Assembly (NCBI RefSeq): GCF_963921235.1
Contig: NC_086097.1
Coordinates: forward strand, 11,098,001 to 11,162,000
Reading direction: 5' to 3'
Length of the DNA: 64,000 nucleotides
Source of the DNA: Mobula hypostoma
Taxonomy: Eukaryota
The notes beneath the pieces are model-generated. The model did not search any database, was not told the DNA's origin, and saw only the letters and a list, made by a program, of their open reading frames with translations. The first letter of the stretch is position 1; each line of letters begins with the position of its first letter. This document shows positions 12,785 through 23,914 of this stretch, piece after piece. Made by a program: the position numbers and the translations under genes.

Positions 12785-13073
12785 CATCCGTTAGCCTTGC
12801 GAGACCATGGATCTGCGCCTGGAAAGTCTTCACTCTCCAGGGCACAGGCCTGGGCAAGGTTGTATGGAAGACTGGCAGTTGCCCATGCTGCAAGTCTCCC
12901 CTCTCCATGACACCGATGTTGTCCAAGGGAAGGGCATTAGGACCCAGTGTCGTTGCAGAGCAATGTGTGATTAAGTGCCTTGCTCAAGGACACAACACGC
13001 TGCCTCAGCTGGGGCTTGAACCCACGACCTTCAGATCACTAGTCGAATGCCTTAACCACTTGGCCACATGCCC
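12785..13073 (-). mobile_element. tRNA-derived SINE with CORE-like domain and RTE-like tail
   Basis: Minus-strand head GGGCATGTGGCCAAGTGGTTAAGGC...GGGTTCAAGCCCC, then GTGTCCTTGAGCAAGGCACTTAA. A truncated second copy lies at ~24641-24804. Confidence 0.75.
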
Positions 13074-13309
13074 CTGTTTCTATTCTGGTAGTTAATAGTG
13101 TTATCCCTATGCCACACAGTTAGCCACTCCCACATAGGAGGAGCTCACATCCTGTACAAGAAGAGTTATCAATAAATATCAATATCCAGCATGCTGGTGT
13201 ACTGGTGTGGTCTGCACGCTCTCTCAATACTGAGTACAACAAACTCTATTTTAAACACTTACCTTCAAATTAGGATGAAAAGTCTTCAACCTGAAGCATT
13301 ACATCTCTT

Positions 13310-14070
13310 CATTTCATTGAACTGCATCGGACAAATCCAAATTTACACATGTGATGGAATGACTAGCAGAAATTCCATGAAATACAACTAATAAAGAACA
13401 TAATACAATCTAATAAACCATAATTTGCAAGTGTCAACATATGCATATCCCAAATACAGCATGCTGTGTTGAAGGAAATGCACCATATGTTTGCAGTAGA
13501 AATCATCAGGAAAATCCAATGAAATGTCCCTGTCCAAATTCAATTAAATACACCATGAAAATGCAATGACAGGCAATATGCAGGTGTAATGAAATGCTCT
13601 ATAGGACTTCAATGAAACATCCCACCCAAAGAAATCCAATAAAAATCATAATGCAATCTCCAGTGAATTGTACCTAACGAATCCAGTGAGACAGACAATG
13701 CAAAGCTAAATCTATTCAGTTAACACCATATCAAACTTTTATAATGCACTGCGCAAAACTATTGAATGTGCTGTGCAAATTATTCATGTACACCCACATA
13801 CAATGCAATTTCTTTGCAATACATTGTGCAAGACCATTCCAATGCACTGTGCAAAGTATTGCCACACACTTGCATTCTATGCAGTTCCTTTGCAATGCAT
13901 TGTGCAATTCATTTGCAAGTATGCATTGTAATTCGATTGCCCACGGCAGCAAATTTATTCCAATGTACTTTATGAATCTACCATTGTGAGCTGTGCAAAT
14001 AAAACAACTTACACTGTGCTGGAGCTTCATAGCATAACTTAGTAATCACACCATGAACACCATGGTTTTC
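13310..14070. repeat. Degenerate 22-23-bp tandem array (consensus ~AATGAAATACACCATGCAAATCC)
   Basis: Units include aatgaaatgtccctgtccaaattc, aattaaatacaccatgaaaatgc, aatgacaggcaatatgcaggtgt and aatgaaatgctctataggacttc. They drift into aatgcactgtgcaaa-type units. Confidence 0.65.
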
Positions 14071-14547
14071 AAATAAAAATTCAATGTGAATTATTTTTAA
14101 TGTGAGACTTGACGTGGGACTCTAACATTTCTCTCAAGTGAGGCCAACTGTATGACAGTGATAAAAATCACATTAACTAAGGTGATTGGGATTGAAAATA
14201 AAATGAAAACTGTGCCCTACAGTGAATTCTATTAATATTATTTTAGGTACTTTTTTCAGCTTACAGGTGGTAATATCTGGTGTCATTGGGATACGAAACT
14301 ATACCCAAGCTATTACTCCCCTCAGGTGTTGAACAAGGGGATGCCACAGTAGCGTAACGGTTGGCATATTATTACAGCTTGGGCGTCGGAGTTCGGAGTT
14401 CAATTCCGGTGTCCTCCATTATAAAGTTTGTATATTCTTCCCATGAACATGTGGGTTTACTCCAGTCCAGGTGCTCCAATTCCCTCCTACAGTCCAAAGA
14501 TGTACCAGTTAGAGAGTTAATTGGTCATTGTAAATTGTCCTGTGATT

Positions 14548-14949
14548 GAGGCCCTTTATTGGTTGGGTCAACCATGGATGGTGCGTCCCAGCTGTCCACA
14601 TGATACACAAGCCAGGGCAGTTTGATATGGAGAGCAATCTGTTGCCCAAGTAGCAGACTCCCCCTTTCCATGCAGCTGATGAATCCAAAGGGACGGCAGA
14701 GACTGAAACCGTTTGGCATCATCGGTGTTGCTGGGGTTGCCAGTCAGCGTTGAACTCAACTTAGGACTACCTTAAGGACTCCAGCTCTGGAATTTTCTTT
14801 GCAGTTTACTCCTGAAGTCTTCCCCATGAGTGGCCATAGCCACCGAGCAGCCAAGGTTTGAGATGAGAATTTTCCTTCTCCTAGATGAGTTGCTGACCAC
14901 GGCTGATGAGCCCTACCTGTCCGAAGCAAATAGTTTTAAGGCGCCAGTG
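14548..14949. mobile_element. Short non-autonomous retroposon (probably RTE-related) nested in a V-SINE
   Basis: TSD CCTGTGATT (14539-14547) / CCTATGATT (14950-14958). A homologous copy lies at ~45982-46357 with TAGAATAC flanks. Confidence 0.65.
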
Positions 14950-15370
14950 CCTATGATTAGGCTAGAGTTATAGGAGAGTTGCTGGGCAGCGCAGCTCATT
15001 GGGACCTGTTCCATACTGTATCTCTAACTGAAATATATTACAACAATGCTGGATCCTAAACTGAGGCATGGGTGAACTGAAGGAAATGCTGATAGTAGGT
15101 GAAAAAGGAGTAAATAACAGAGCTTTAGGAGAGATGGAGGTAAAGTCTGATGGAAATACTTGGATCAAAGGAGGAGATAGAAAGAAAGTTAGTAGAGAAA
15201 TAAAGCAATGTAGCACAGAACCAATCCTTTCAACCAGCATCCTCCATGCCAACCAAGATGCCCGCAGTTGGCTTGTATCTCACTAAACCTTTCCCATCCA
15301 TGTACCTGTCCGTGTCTGTTAAATGTTATTGAAGCTAGATTCTGGCTGCTTCCCCTATCCCCTTCCTTTC

Positions 15371-15408
15371 CAGTCCTGCTGAAGGGTCTTGGTCCAAAAC
15401 GTTGACTG
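15371..15408 (+). ncRNA. Degenerate minimal type I hammerhead motif in a Penelope-derived terminus (15335-15505)
   Basis: CAGTC-CTGCTGA-AGGGTCTTGGTCC-AAAAC-GTT-GACTG. Stem I is intact. Confidence 0.6.
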
Positions 15409-16061
15409 CTTATGTTCTGTTCCATGGATGCTGCCCATCCTGCTGAGTTCCTCCAGCATTTTGTGTGTGTTGCACTAGATTTCCAGCACCTGCAGAATCT
15501 ATTGTTATTGTGCCTCCCTCACCCACTTCTCCTGTCAGTTCGTACCATACACACACATTACCCTTCGTGCGGGAAGTTGCCCCCCAGGTTCCTTTCAAAT
15601 CTTTTCTCCTCAACTTAGACCTATACCCTCTAGTTTTTGATTCCCTTTCTCTGGGGAGAAAGACCGTATGCATTCACTGTGTCGGTGTCCCAATCAGAGA
15701 TCCCTGAAGCAGAGAGGAATATAGAAGTAAAGTTAACGGCAGACATCTTAATCTAAGGAGAAGGGTTGAGATACAACTTTTAAAATAACTCTAGTTAACA
15801 GGAAAGGATGATTTTTTTTGAGTAAAGTGTGGCCTGTGAGATCTGGACTACCAGACAGTTGCAGAGAATCAGCCATTTTGAGAAGCTGGAGGGGTGGAAA
15901 TTGGAGCAGAAAAGAATTCTGTAAAATGTTGCCTTGCGCCTGGCACTGATGCTCTACAGCCCTAGGCTGAGGAAATCTCTTTATAGTGCTGGAATGTTAA
16001 TTATTGCCTTTTGTTCTAGTTTTCGGCAGTTTCATTTTAATAGCTCCTGGAATGAATAATA

Positions 16062-16430
16062 AAAGCAAAGGCTTGAATTTACATAGCACCTTCCACGGCC
16101 TCAGCTCATCCCAACATATCTTACAGCCAGTGAAGTACTTTTGGAGAGATGGCATTGTTGCCATGGCAACATACACACAGCAAGTTTCCATCGGACAGCA
16201 AAACAATTTACATTTTATTTTTATGACATTGATTGAGAGATGCTGTAGATGGTAGAAAAAAGAAACCGATCTTTTGTATTTGTGCCATTTGATCAGTTAA
16301 GTTCATGATCCTTGAAGTTTAAAGTAGAGAGGGCAAGGCTCCTTCACCAGAGTAGATCTCCTTTTGTACCAACATGAACCATTGCCTTTGGTTTTGTACC
16401 CAGCTCATAAGGCATGGGTTAAATCATCAG
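16062..16430 (-). mobile_element. Old DeuSINE (SacSINE1/AmnSINE-related)
   Basis: Minus strand AAAAGTACTTCACTGGCTGTAAG...TGGGATGAGCTGAGGCCGTGGAAGGTGCTATGTAAATTCAAG matches the DeuSINE/L2-type tail. Confidence 0.65.
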
Positions 16431-17388
16431 CCCATCATTTCCATATAGGTGCATCAATACTTGGAATAGGTCTGCTATAAACTCCTATGTGGCGCAAAGA
16501 TTCTGAAGGGAGGCATTATTACCTAAAACTGTGGCAACATAATGTAAAAAACAGAAAACCCAGGAGATACTCAGCTGGTTGGGCAGCATCCGCAAAGAGA
16601 GGAACGTTGATGATTCAGCTCAATGACTTTTATCTCTCTCCACTGATTGTTCAATGCCATTTCTAGTACACAAGTGTAAAGGAGAACAAAATAATTGTTA
16701 CTCCAGATCCAATGCAGCACAAATGAAAGAACAATATAATAAGATAAATAACACAATATTAAAATAAAACATAATAAATGTACATAAATAACACACACAA
16801 AATGCTGGAGGAACTCAGCAGGCCAGGCAATCTATACGTAGGTAGATTGTATGCTCACAAAGTGACACTAGGCACGGAATGTCTGTACATAAGGTGACTC
16901 TGACAGGAATTGAAAAAGTAGTGGTGGTTGTGAGTGTAGAGGGGCGGGTTAGTAGGTTGAGGTGCTGACCAGCTTCACTGCACGGGGGAAAGTGCCTGTT
17001 TTTAAGTCTGGTGGTCCTGGCACGGATGCTACGTAGCCTCCTCCCTGATGAGAATGGGACAAACAGCCCATGAGAAGAGGAGTGTGATCCTTCATGACAC
17101 TGCCTGACATGATTGTTTCCAATATATTTGTATTTTTTCCCTTCAGATTTCCAGTATTTGCTATGTTTTGCTTGTGGTAGCATGTTTGCTTCACATATGA
17201 GTGTGGTGGTGTAATGGTTAGTATGACAACGAGTAAGGCAGTATTGATTTAACTTGGATCTCTGCACTGATGGATCTGGAGAGCCATCTCATTCAAGTAA
17301 TAAATAGACGATTCTCAGAACTCATTGATTGGATACCAGCTTTATTTCACAAATGATCCCCACTGTATAATTCACAAGTTACAGAATT

Positions 17389-17865
17389 AATAATAATAAT
17401 AATAACTTATTTATAGAGCACTCTCCATACAAACCATGTAGTTCAACTTGCTTTATTATGGAATGAAGTTCAATCATGAAAATAAAAGACAAAATGATGT
17501 TAGCTAAAAGCAAGGTTGAATGAGTCGGTTTTGAGCTGGCAATGTTTAAAAGTGTCAATTGAGTCTGCATCCCTCATGGTTTTAGGTATTGAGTTCCACA
17601 GTTTGAAAAAATAGCTGACCTGCCAATTATCTTTTGAGGGAGATTGTTTAAGTTTAAGAGACTGGCCGAAGAAGAGCAGAGATCTCAAGTGGAATTAGAA
17701 AACAAAAGTGATTCTGTGGTGTATTCCTGTCCCAGACCATTGAGAGCTTTAAAAACAAGTAAGAGAACTTTAAAATCAATTATGATTTTAGATACAGGAA
17801 GCCAATGCAGAATAGTTTGGATGGGAGTGATACACTCCCTCATCCTGGTTTTAGTTAGTGTCGTT
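17389..17865 (-). mobile_element. L2-clade LINE 3' fragment
   Basis: Minus strand gives ITPIQTILHWLPVSKIIIDFKVLLLVFKALNG and, downstream, KLWNSIP. (TTA)n tail. Confidence 0.8.
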
Positions 17866-18120
17866 ATGAAAGCTGAAATTCTGAATTGCCATTAAAAGAC
17901 GAAGCACCCTAAGCCAGTATCATTGCTTTGAAAAATGCTAGTGCATCTATTATTGTCCAATGATACCAGGAAAATAGGATTTTATTTGTATGTAATTTTT
18001 TTTTTGGTATCAAATTGATCTATTTGCAAAGAAGCATTCAGTAACCTTACAGGATTCTGCTGAAATTTGTAAAAACAATCTACACAAAGAGTATCTCAAT
18101 TCGATGAATTTGCATAAATT

Positions 18121-18124
18121 GTGT

Positions 18125-18160
<36 letters not shown>
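18121..18160. repeat. (TG)n microsatellite
   Basis: Direct reading. Confidence 0.95.
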
Positions 18161-18162
<2 letters not shown>

Positions 18163-19140
18163 TAAATATCTATTTACTTATCTATATACTGTCTTTGTCT
18201 TTTAGTTACATATTTGTGTGCAGTGTCTGTATGAAGTGTGTATATGTGGGCTGCTATTTCATTCCTTGTTTGAATCTAATGTGCGTGTATAGTTCTGTAT
18301 CTGTATAAGACATGCATATGTATACTGCATCTTTATGGATTGAGCTTATAATCATTTTTCAACCACAGTGCAGTTGAATTGTAGCCTAACAGCAAAAGCC
18401 CAGCTCATTCTATTTGAACTTTTATCCTTACGTTATTCCAATGTTTGTCACAAAGGCCGCCCTGTTGAATTTTCCTCGTGCTCCCTCTCCTCCTGCTTTG
18501 CTCGCTTCATCATCAGGTTCCCTTTGCAGCACTTTGCGATCTTAATCAACAACAATTTCTGAGTTTCAATCAGCCATCCTTCCTAGAAAGGAGCAAAACG
18601 ACAATGCATGTTACTACGGTTCTGGTGATTCGACAATTACTTTCAGTCATGCCACTGAGTGTGAGTGGAAAAGGGTCATCACTGTTGGACATAGTTGGCC
18701 ACCATGGTAAACATTCTGTTTGGATGCATAACAGTTTTCTATGACCGTAGGATCATAAGATATTGGAGCAAAATTAGGCCATTTCATCATGGCTGATCCA
18801 TTTCCCTCTCAGCCTAAATTTCATGCCTTCTCCTTGTCTCCCTTCATGCCCTGACTAATTAAAAATCTATCAACATCTGCCTTAAATAACCCTCCACAGA
18901 TTCACCACTCTCTGGCTAAAGAAATTCCTCATCTCCATTCTAAATGGGCATCCCTCTATCCTGAGACTGCATCCTCAGGTCTTAGACTCCCCCGTCATAG
19001 GAAGCATCCTCTCCACATTCACTCTATCAAGCCCTTTCGACATTCAATAGGTTTCAATAAGATCACCACTCATTCCTCTGAATCCAAGTGAGTACAGGCT
19101 CAGAGACACCAAACACTCCTCATATGATAAACTTGCCTAT

Positions 19141-20412
19141 TATTACTGATGAGACCCGAAGCCAGGAGATAGAACAAAGACCGGACAAAAAATAACTCTT
19201 TATTCAGTATAATCACTCAGCAACAAAAATCTCAAAGTTCAGCAGTACATCCCAAAGCATGATTATTTAAATAGGTTACTCAGCAGCATTCAAGATGTTG
19301 ATAGGAACAATGACTAATTAGTGAAAGTCAGCCTGGGATTGGTTGTCAACTGACCAATTGGCATTGGTTGTTTCAGCTTGTTGTCAGGAGAAAGCGCTTC
19401 TGGTATCCCAAAGTAGCTCAAGATCTGCAGCAGCTCTTGCATGATAGACCCTGTCATTGTTCTGGCCATTTGGAACAGGCTTCAACCAGGACAAGGTAGG
19501 TACACCCATTGATTGGCCAGCAAATTCAATGCCTACTCAACTCCAAGATCTGGTAGCATAAGGCCATGATTATGGATCAGCTGTACTTGGATTACTTGCT
19601 GCCATACAGCACTGAACACATTGCTTGCATGCGGATGTGATATCTTCATCTATGCCTGGCCAGTAAATAAAGCTTCTTGCTAGGGCTTTTGTTTGATTGA
19701 TGTCTGGATGACCATGGTGTATTTGGGTTGAAATATTCATGGAATTACAATTATGTCTCCAAACATTAGGTAGGAGTCCACAGTTGAGAGCAACGTATGA
19801 TGTTGGTAAGAGGGTACAACATCTTCCTCAACCCTGATTGCCAACGACCTGTCTGGAGATAAGCCATTTTTGCTTTCATTGTGTTGACCATGACCAGAAG
19901 GCCTTTAGCAGCATCCGATACAGCCTGGTGGATTTTGCAATCAACTGAAATCATGGCCATGATTGAATTTTTGGTTTCAATAACCTGCTGATGCGTGAGT
20001 CTGAAGAGGGCATCCTCTTGGTTTGATGTGTACTTGATTTCAAAATCATAGGCTAATGATATTGTTGCAAACCTTCGTAGATGTATACACTAAGATGCCC
20101 TTTGTAGTACTGAAAATGGACAACAGTGGCTTGTGTTCAGGAAGGAGAGTGAAGCATCTGCTTTAAAGCATCTTGTGGAATTTCATCACAAGGAAGATGA
20201 TTCCCTGGATTCTTTTTAATTTGTCCATAGTTCCTTTCTGCTGTGGTCAGTAATCTGGCTGCATGCCTTAAAGCCCTTTTGGAACCAACAGGATATGACC
20301 GCACTGACACCCACTCAATGAAACTCAGCCTGGGATTGGTTGTCAGCTGACCAATAGGCATTGGTTGTCCCTTCCCCCCCCCCCCCCCCCGGTAACTTTA
20401 GTTCATGTAACA
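19141..20412 (-). mobile_element. Rearranged or deleted Ty3/Gypsy remnant (RNase H and integrase H2C2 zinc-finger fragments)
   Basis: Minus strand gives HAARLLTTAERNYGQI (RNase H) and IHHGHPDINQTKALARSFIYWPGIDEDITSACKQCVQC (H2C2). Ends TATTAC...GTAACA. ~42-bp direct repeat at 19329-19370 and 20326-20367. Confidence 0.8.
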
Positions 20413-21632
20413 ATAATGAACCAAATCAAACCAAGGATAGGTTGAGTGGGGTAGGCTTTTCTTTTTGAGGTGAAGGAGGATGAGAGGTGACTTGATAGAG
20501 GTGTACAAGATGGTAAGAAGCATAGATAGAGTAGACAGTCAGAGACTTTTTCCCAGGGCAGAAATGGCTAGTACACGAGGACACTATTTTAAGGTGAGTG
20601 GGGGTAAGTATGGAGGGATGTCAGAGGCAGGTTTTTACATAGAATGTGGTTGGGTGCGTGGAACAACCTGACAGGGATGATGGTAGAGGCAGATACATTA
20701 GGGACATTTAAGAAGCTCTCAGACAGGCAAACAGATGATAGAAAGTGGGAGGCTATGTAGAAGGAAAGTGTTATATTGATTTGGTAGGTTATAAGGTCAG
20801 CACAACATTGTCATGGAGTCATAGAAAAGAACAGCACAGAAATTAGCTTTTTGGCCCATCTAGTCTATGCTAATCCATTTCAACTGCCTACTCCCATCAA
20901 CTTGCACTGGGACCATAGCCCTCCATACCCCTACTATCCATGTACCTAACCAAACTTCTCTTAAACATTGAAATCGAGCTTGCATGCACCACTTGTGCTG
21001 GCAGCTCATTTCACACTCTCATTAAACTTCTCATCTTTCACCCTTTACCCATGACTTCTAGTTGTAGTCCCATCCAATCTCAGTTGAAAAAAAGCCTGCT
21101 TGCATTTACCCTATCTATACCCCTCATAATTTTGTATACCTCAATGAAATCTCCTCTCAGTCTTTTATGCTCCAGGGTATAAAGTCCTAACCTGTTCAAA
21201 CTTCCCTTATAACTCAGTTATAATATTCCATGTTCTATGTTCAAGCCAAAAAACTGACTGACCACTGAGAAATACCCAAATAGCTGAGGATAAGTTGGCT
21301 GCCAATTTCAATTCCATTATTCAGGGCAGAGGCGCTCACCATCTCTCGCTGATGTGGATGTAGTCCATCAGTTCAGCATTACAGTGAGTGGCAAGTCCAC
21401 TCCATGGTATCTATCTGTTTTATTTTTTATTGCTTTTTGTCTTCCAGTACACAGTAGGAGAACAGATTGTATGTGCACAAGTGAGAAAGATTGATGGTGA
21501 CAGGCATTCTCGGTTGCATATTGTTGTATCCATGATGCCTTCTTTCAGCATGAAAATGACCCAGTTAGCCAAACATAAATATAACTAGATGCAGCAATGA
21601 GATGAGATTTGCGTAATGATTAATATTGGAGG

Positions 21633-22274
21633 CACACACAGAAAATGCTGCTGGAACTCAGCAGGTCAGACAGCAACCAACAGTCAACATTTCGGGCTGA
21701 CCTCCAAGGAGACCTTGTTGTGGTTTTGAGCCTTGCGTGCCTCAGTGACCCAGAGATCTACTTTGTCTGGAGTTGGGGCTATATGCTTTGGCTCTTGTAG
21801 GTCACTCCTGCCAAACAGGTCAGAGGATAGAAGACAGTTAAGAGTGGTCTACTGGTCCTTCAAGTTTGGGGGTCCAGCTCAGGGCTAACAACCCTGACTG
21901 GTAAAACAAAATAGTTATGGAAACAGCAATGAAGAATCCTTCTACATCTGAGTGCGATGGTATTCCCGAGTCTTCACCCAGGACTTGCATGACTGACAAT
22001 AGTGAAAACTGACAGAAAGCTACTGGCACAATAAGGGAAGCAGTGAACACTGTCAGAGATGAAGGATATTCATTGTTGCCCTAAACACCAGTAGCAAAAT
22101 GGGCAGTAAGTAGGTAAGTTTTGGACTGAGATCCGGAAGTTAGGATTGGTGGATCTTGGCCCAAAATATCAACTCTTTATTCCTTTCCATGCATGCTGCC
22201 AGACACGCTGAGTTCTTCCAGCATTCTGTGTGTGTTACCCCAGATTTCTAGCATCTGTAGATCTCTTGTGTTTC
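21633..22274. mobile_element. Hairpin (inverted) Penelope-terminus insertion with 12-bp TSD, containing a nested RTE-derived element
   Basis: TAATATTGGAGG at 21621-21632 and 22275-22286. The arms are reverse-complementary copies of the PLE terminus. Confidence 0.75.
21701..22118 (+). mobile_element. Bipartite non-autonomous RTE-derived element (RTE 5' end joined to RTE 3' end)
   Basis: RTE-type 5' end CCTTGTTGTGGTTTTGAGCCTTGCGTGCCTCAGTGACCC and 3' end GCCCTAAAC...GGGCAGTAAGTAGGTAAG. TSD tttcgggctga/ttttggactga. Minus copies at ~33693-34065, ~40930-41330 and ~58086-58615. Confidence 0.7.
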
Positions 22275-22579
22275 TAATATTGGAGGTAAAGAATAGTATG
22301 GTATTGTTGTGGTTAGTGTAATGCTATTACAGCACCAGCCACCTGGTTTCCATTGCTGCTGTCGATTTGGAGCTTGTATGTCTGTCCCGTGACTACCTGG
22401 CTTTCCTCTGAGTACACCAGATTTCTCCCATATTCCAAAGATATATGGGCTAGCAGATTAATTGGTCACATGGGTACAACTGGGAAGCATAAACTCATCG
22501 GGCTGGAAGGTCCTGTATCGTGCTGTAACTCTAAATAACAAAATAAAACTTGAGTTGAAATGCATACTGTTATTGTTAC

Positions 22580-23055
22580 TGGTGGAGGAAAAACACCTTT
22601 TATTCTATTTGGGTAGCCTGCAGCCTGATGGCATGAACATCAATTTCTCGAAATTCCGGTATTGCTCCCTTCCCCCTTCACCATTCCCCCTTCCTGTTTC
22701 TCTCTCTCACCTTATCTCCTTACCTGCACATCTCCTCCCTCTGGCGCTCCTCCCCCTTCCATTTCTTCCATGGCCTACTGTCCTCTCCTATCAGATCCTC
22801 CCTTCTCCAGCCCTTTATCTCCTTCGCCAACCAACTTCCCAGCTCTTTACTTCACCCCCTCCCCCTCCCAGTTTCACTAATCACCTGCCACCTTATATGT
22901 CTTCCTTCCCTCTGCCCACATTCTTATTCTGACTTCTTTTCCCCTCCTGTCCATTTCTGTTGGAGGATCTCGGCCCAAGACATCAACTGTTTATTCCCAT
23001 CCACAGATGCTGCCTGACCTGCTGAGTTCCTCCAGCATTTTGTGTGTGTTACTCT
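22580..23055 (+). mobile_element. Penelope-like element 3' fragment
   Basis: VEEKHLLFYLGSLQPDGMNINFSKF in ORF 22462-22932, followed by the same pyrimidine-rich tract and terminus. Confidence 0.8.
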
Positions 23056-23343
23056 GATTCAATATTATCTGGTAAGATTAATGAATGGGTTATATTGGTA
23101 ACGGTTTGGGTAGAGTATAGAACAGGACAGATTGATCTGATTTTAGGTAGTGTATAGAGCAAGAGGCATGACGGGGCATGAGTGTTAGTCAGGCGTCGGA
23201 CTCAGAGTTCGAGCCGCAGGGTCCTGTCGTCAGCTAGTCTTGTACGTCAATACCAAAGCTCGAAGCCCAAAGGTCAATCGCACTTTGGGAAGTTATTGCC
23301 CGATGGCTGAAACCTGGATGCCCCAAGGCCTGTAATGAAATTG

Positions 23344-23345
<2 letters not shown>

Positions 23346-23441
<96 letters not shown>

Positions 23442-23458
23442 TAGAGAGATAGATAGAG
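23346..23458. repeat. Compound (TG)n-(AG)n-(AGAT)n microsatellite
   Basis: Direct reading. Confidence 0.95.
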
Positions 23459-23914
23459 GACAGGGGTTTGTTTTGTTGTTTTGTTTTATTCTGTGTTGTT
23501 CTGCCAAGGATTATGGGTACGTTATGTTAGCGCTCAAAGGTGTGATGAAACTTGTGGGCTGCCCCAGCACCTCCTTAGGTATGTTGGTTGTTAATGCAAA
23601 TGATACATTTCACTGCAGGTTTTAATATATCTGTGATAAAATAAATGTGACCCTGAATCTAGACTGGGTTAGATTGAACAATGAAAAGTGGATTGTTTGG
23701 CATTTTGAAAATGAATTGGATAGAATAGGTCAGAATCAAGATCATGTTTAACATCAGCAGCATAAGTTGCAAAATTTGTTGTTTTGTGGCAGCAGTACAT
23801 TGCAATACATAGTAATAAACATCTATAAATTACAATAAGAAACATATGTTAAAAATTACATTAAGTAAGTAGTGGAAGGAGAGAGAAATAAAATGAAACA
23901 GTGAAGTTATGGGA

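Noticed and set aside
13003..13073. tRNA gene on the minus strand (likewise 53400-53465 and the V-SINE heads)
   Set aside because: The A/B boxes continue directly into SINE body domains and there is no clean acceptor stem, so these are SINE heads.
13731..14030. Cys/His-rich ORFs resembling zinc fingers
   Set aside because: They arise from the TGCA-rich degenerate tandem array on both strands, with no regular C2H2 spacing.
14256..14326. Possible small plus-strand exon after TTTTTTCAGCTTACAG
   Set aside because: Weak donor (CAG|GTGTTG), unrecognisable peptide and no supporting neighbouring exons.
14672..14720. Hammerhead-like CTGATGA...GAAAC (and CTGATGAG...GAAGC at ~14903; same in the 46110 and 46335 copy)
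   Set aside because: No convincing stem II or stem I closure around the core, and the second site lacks GAAA. Treated as chance.
23274..23625. ORFs with (CV)n / (HT)n runs
   Set aside because: Translations of the (TG)n microsatellite.
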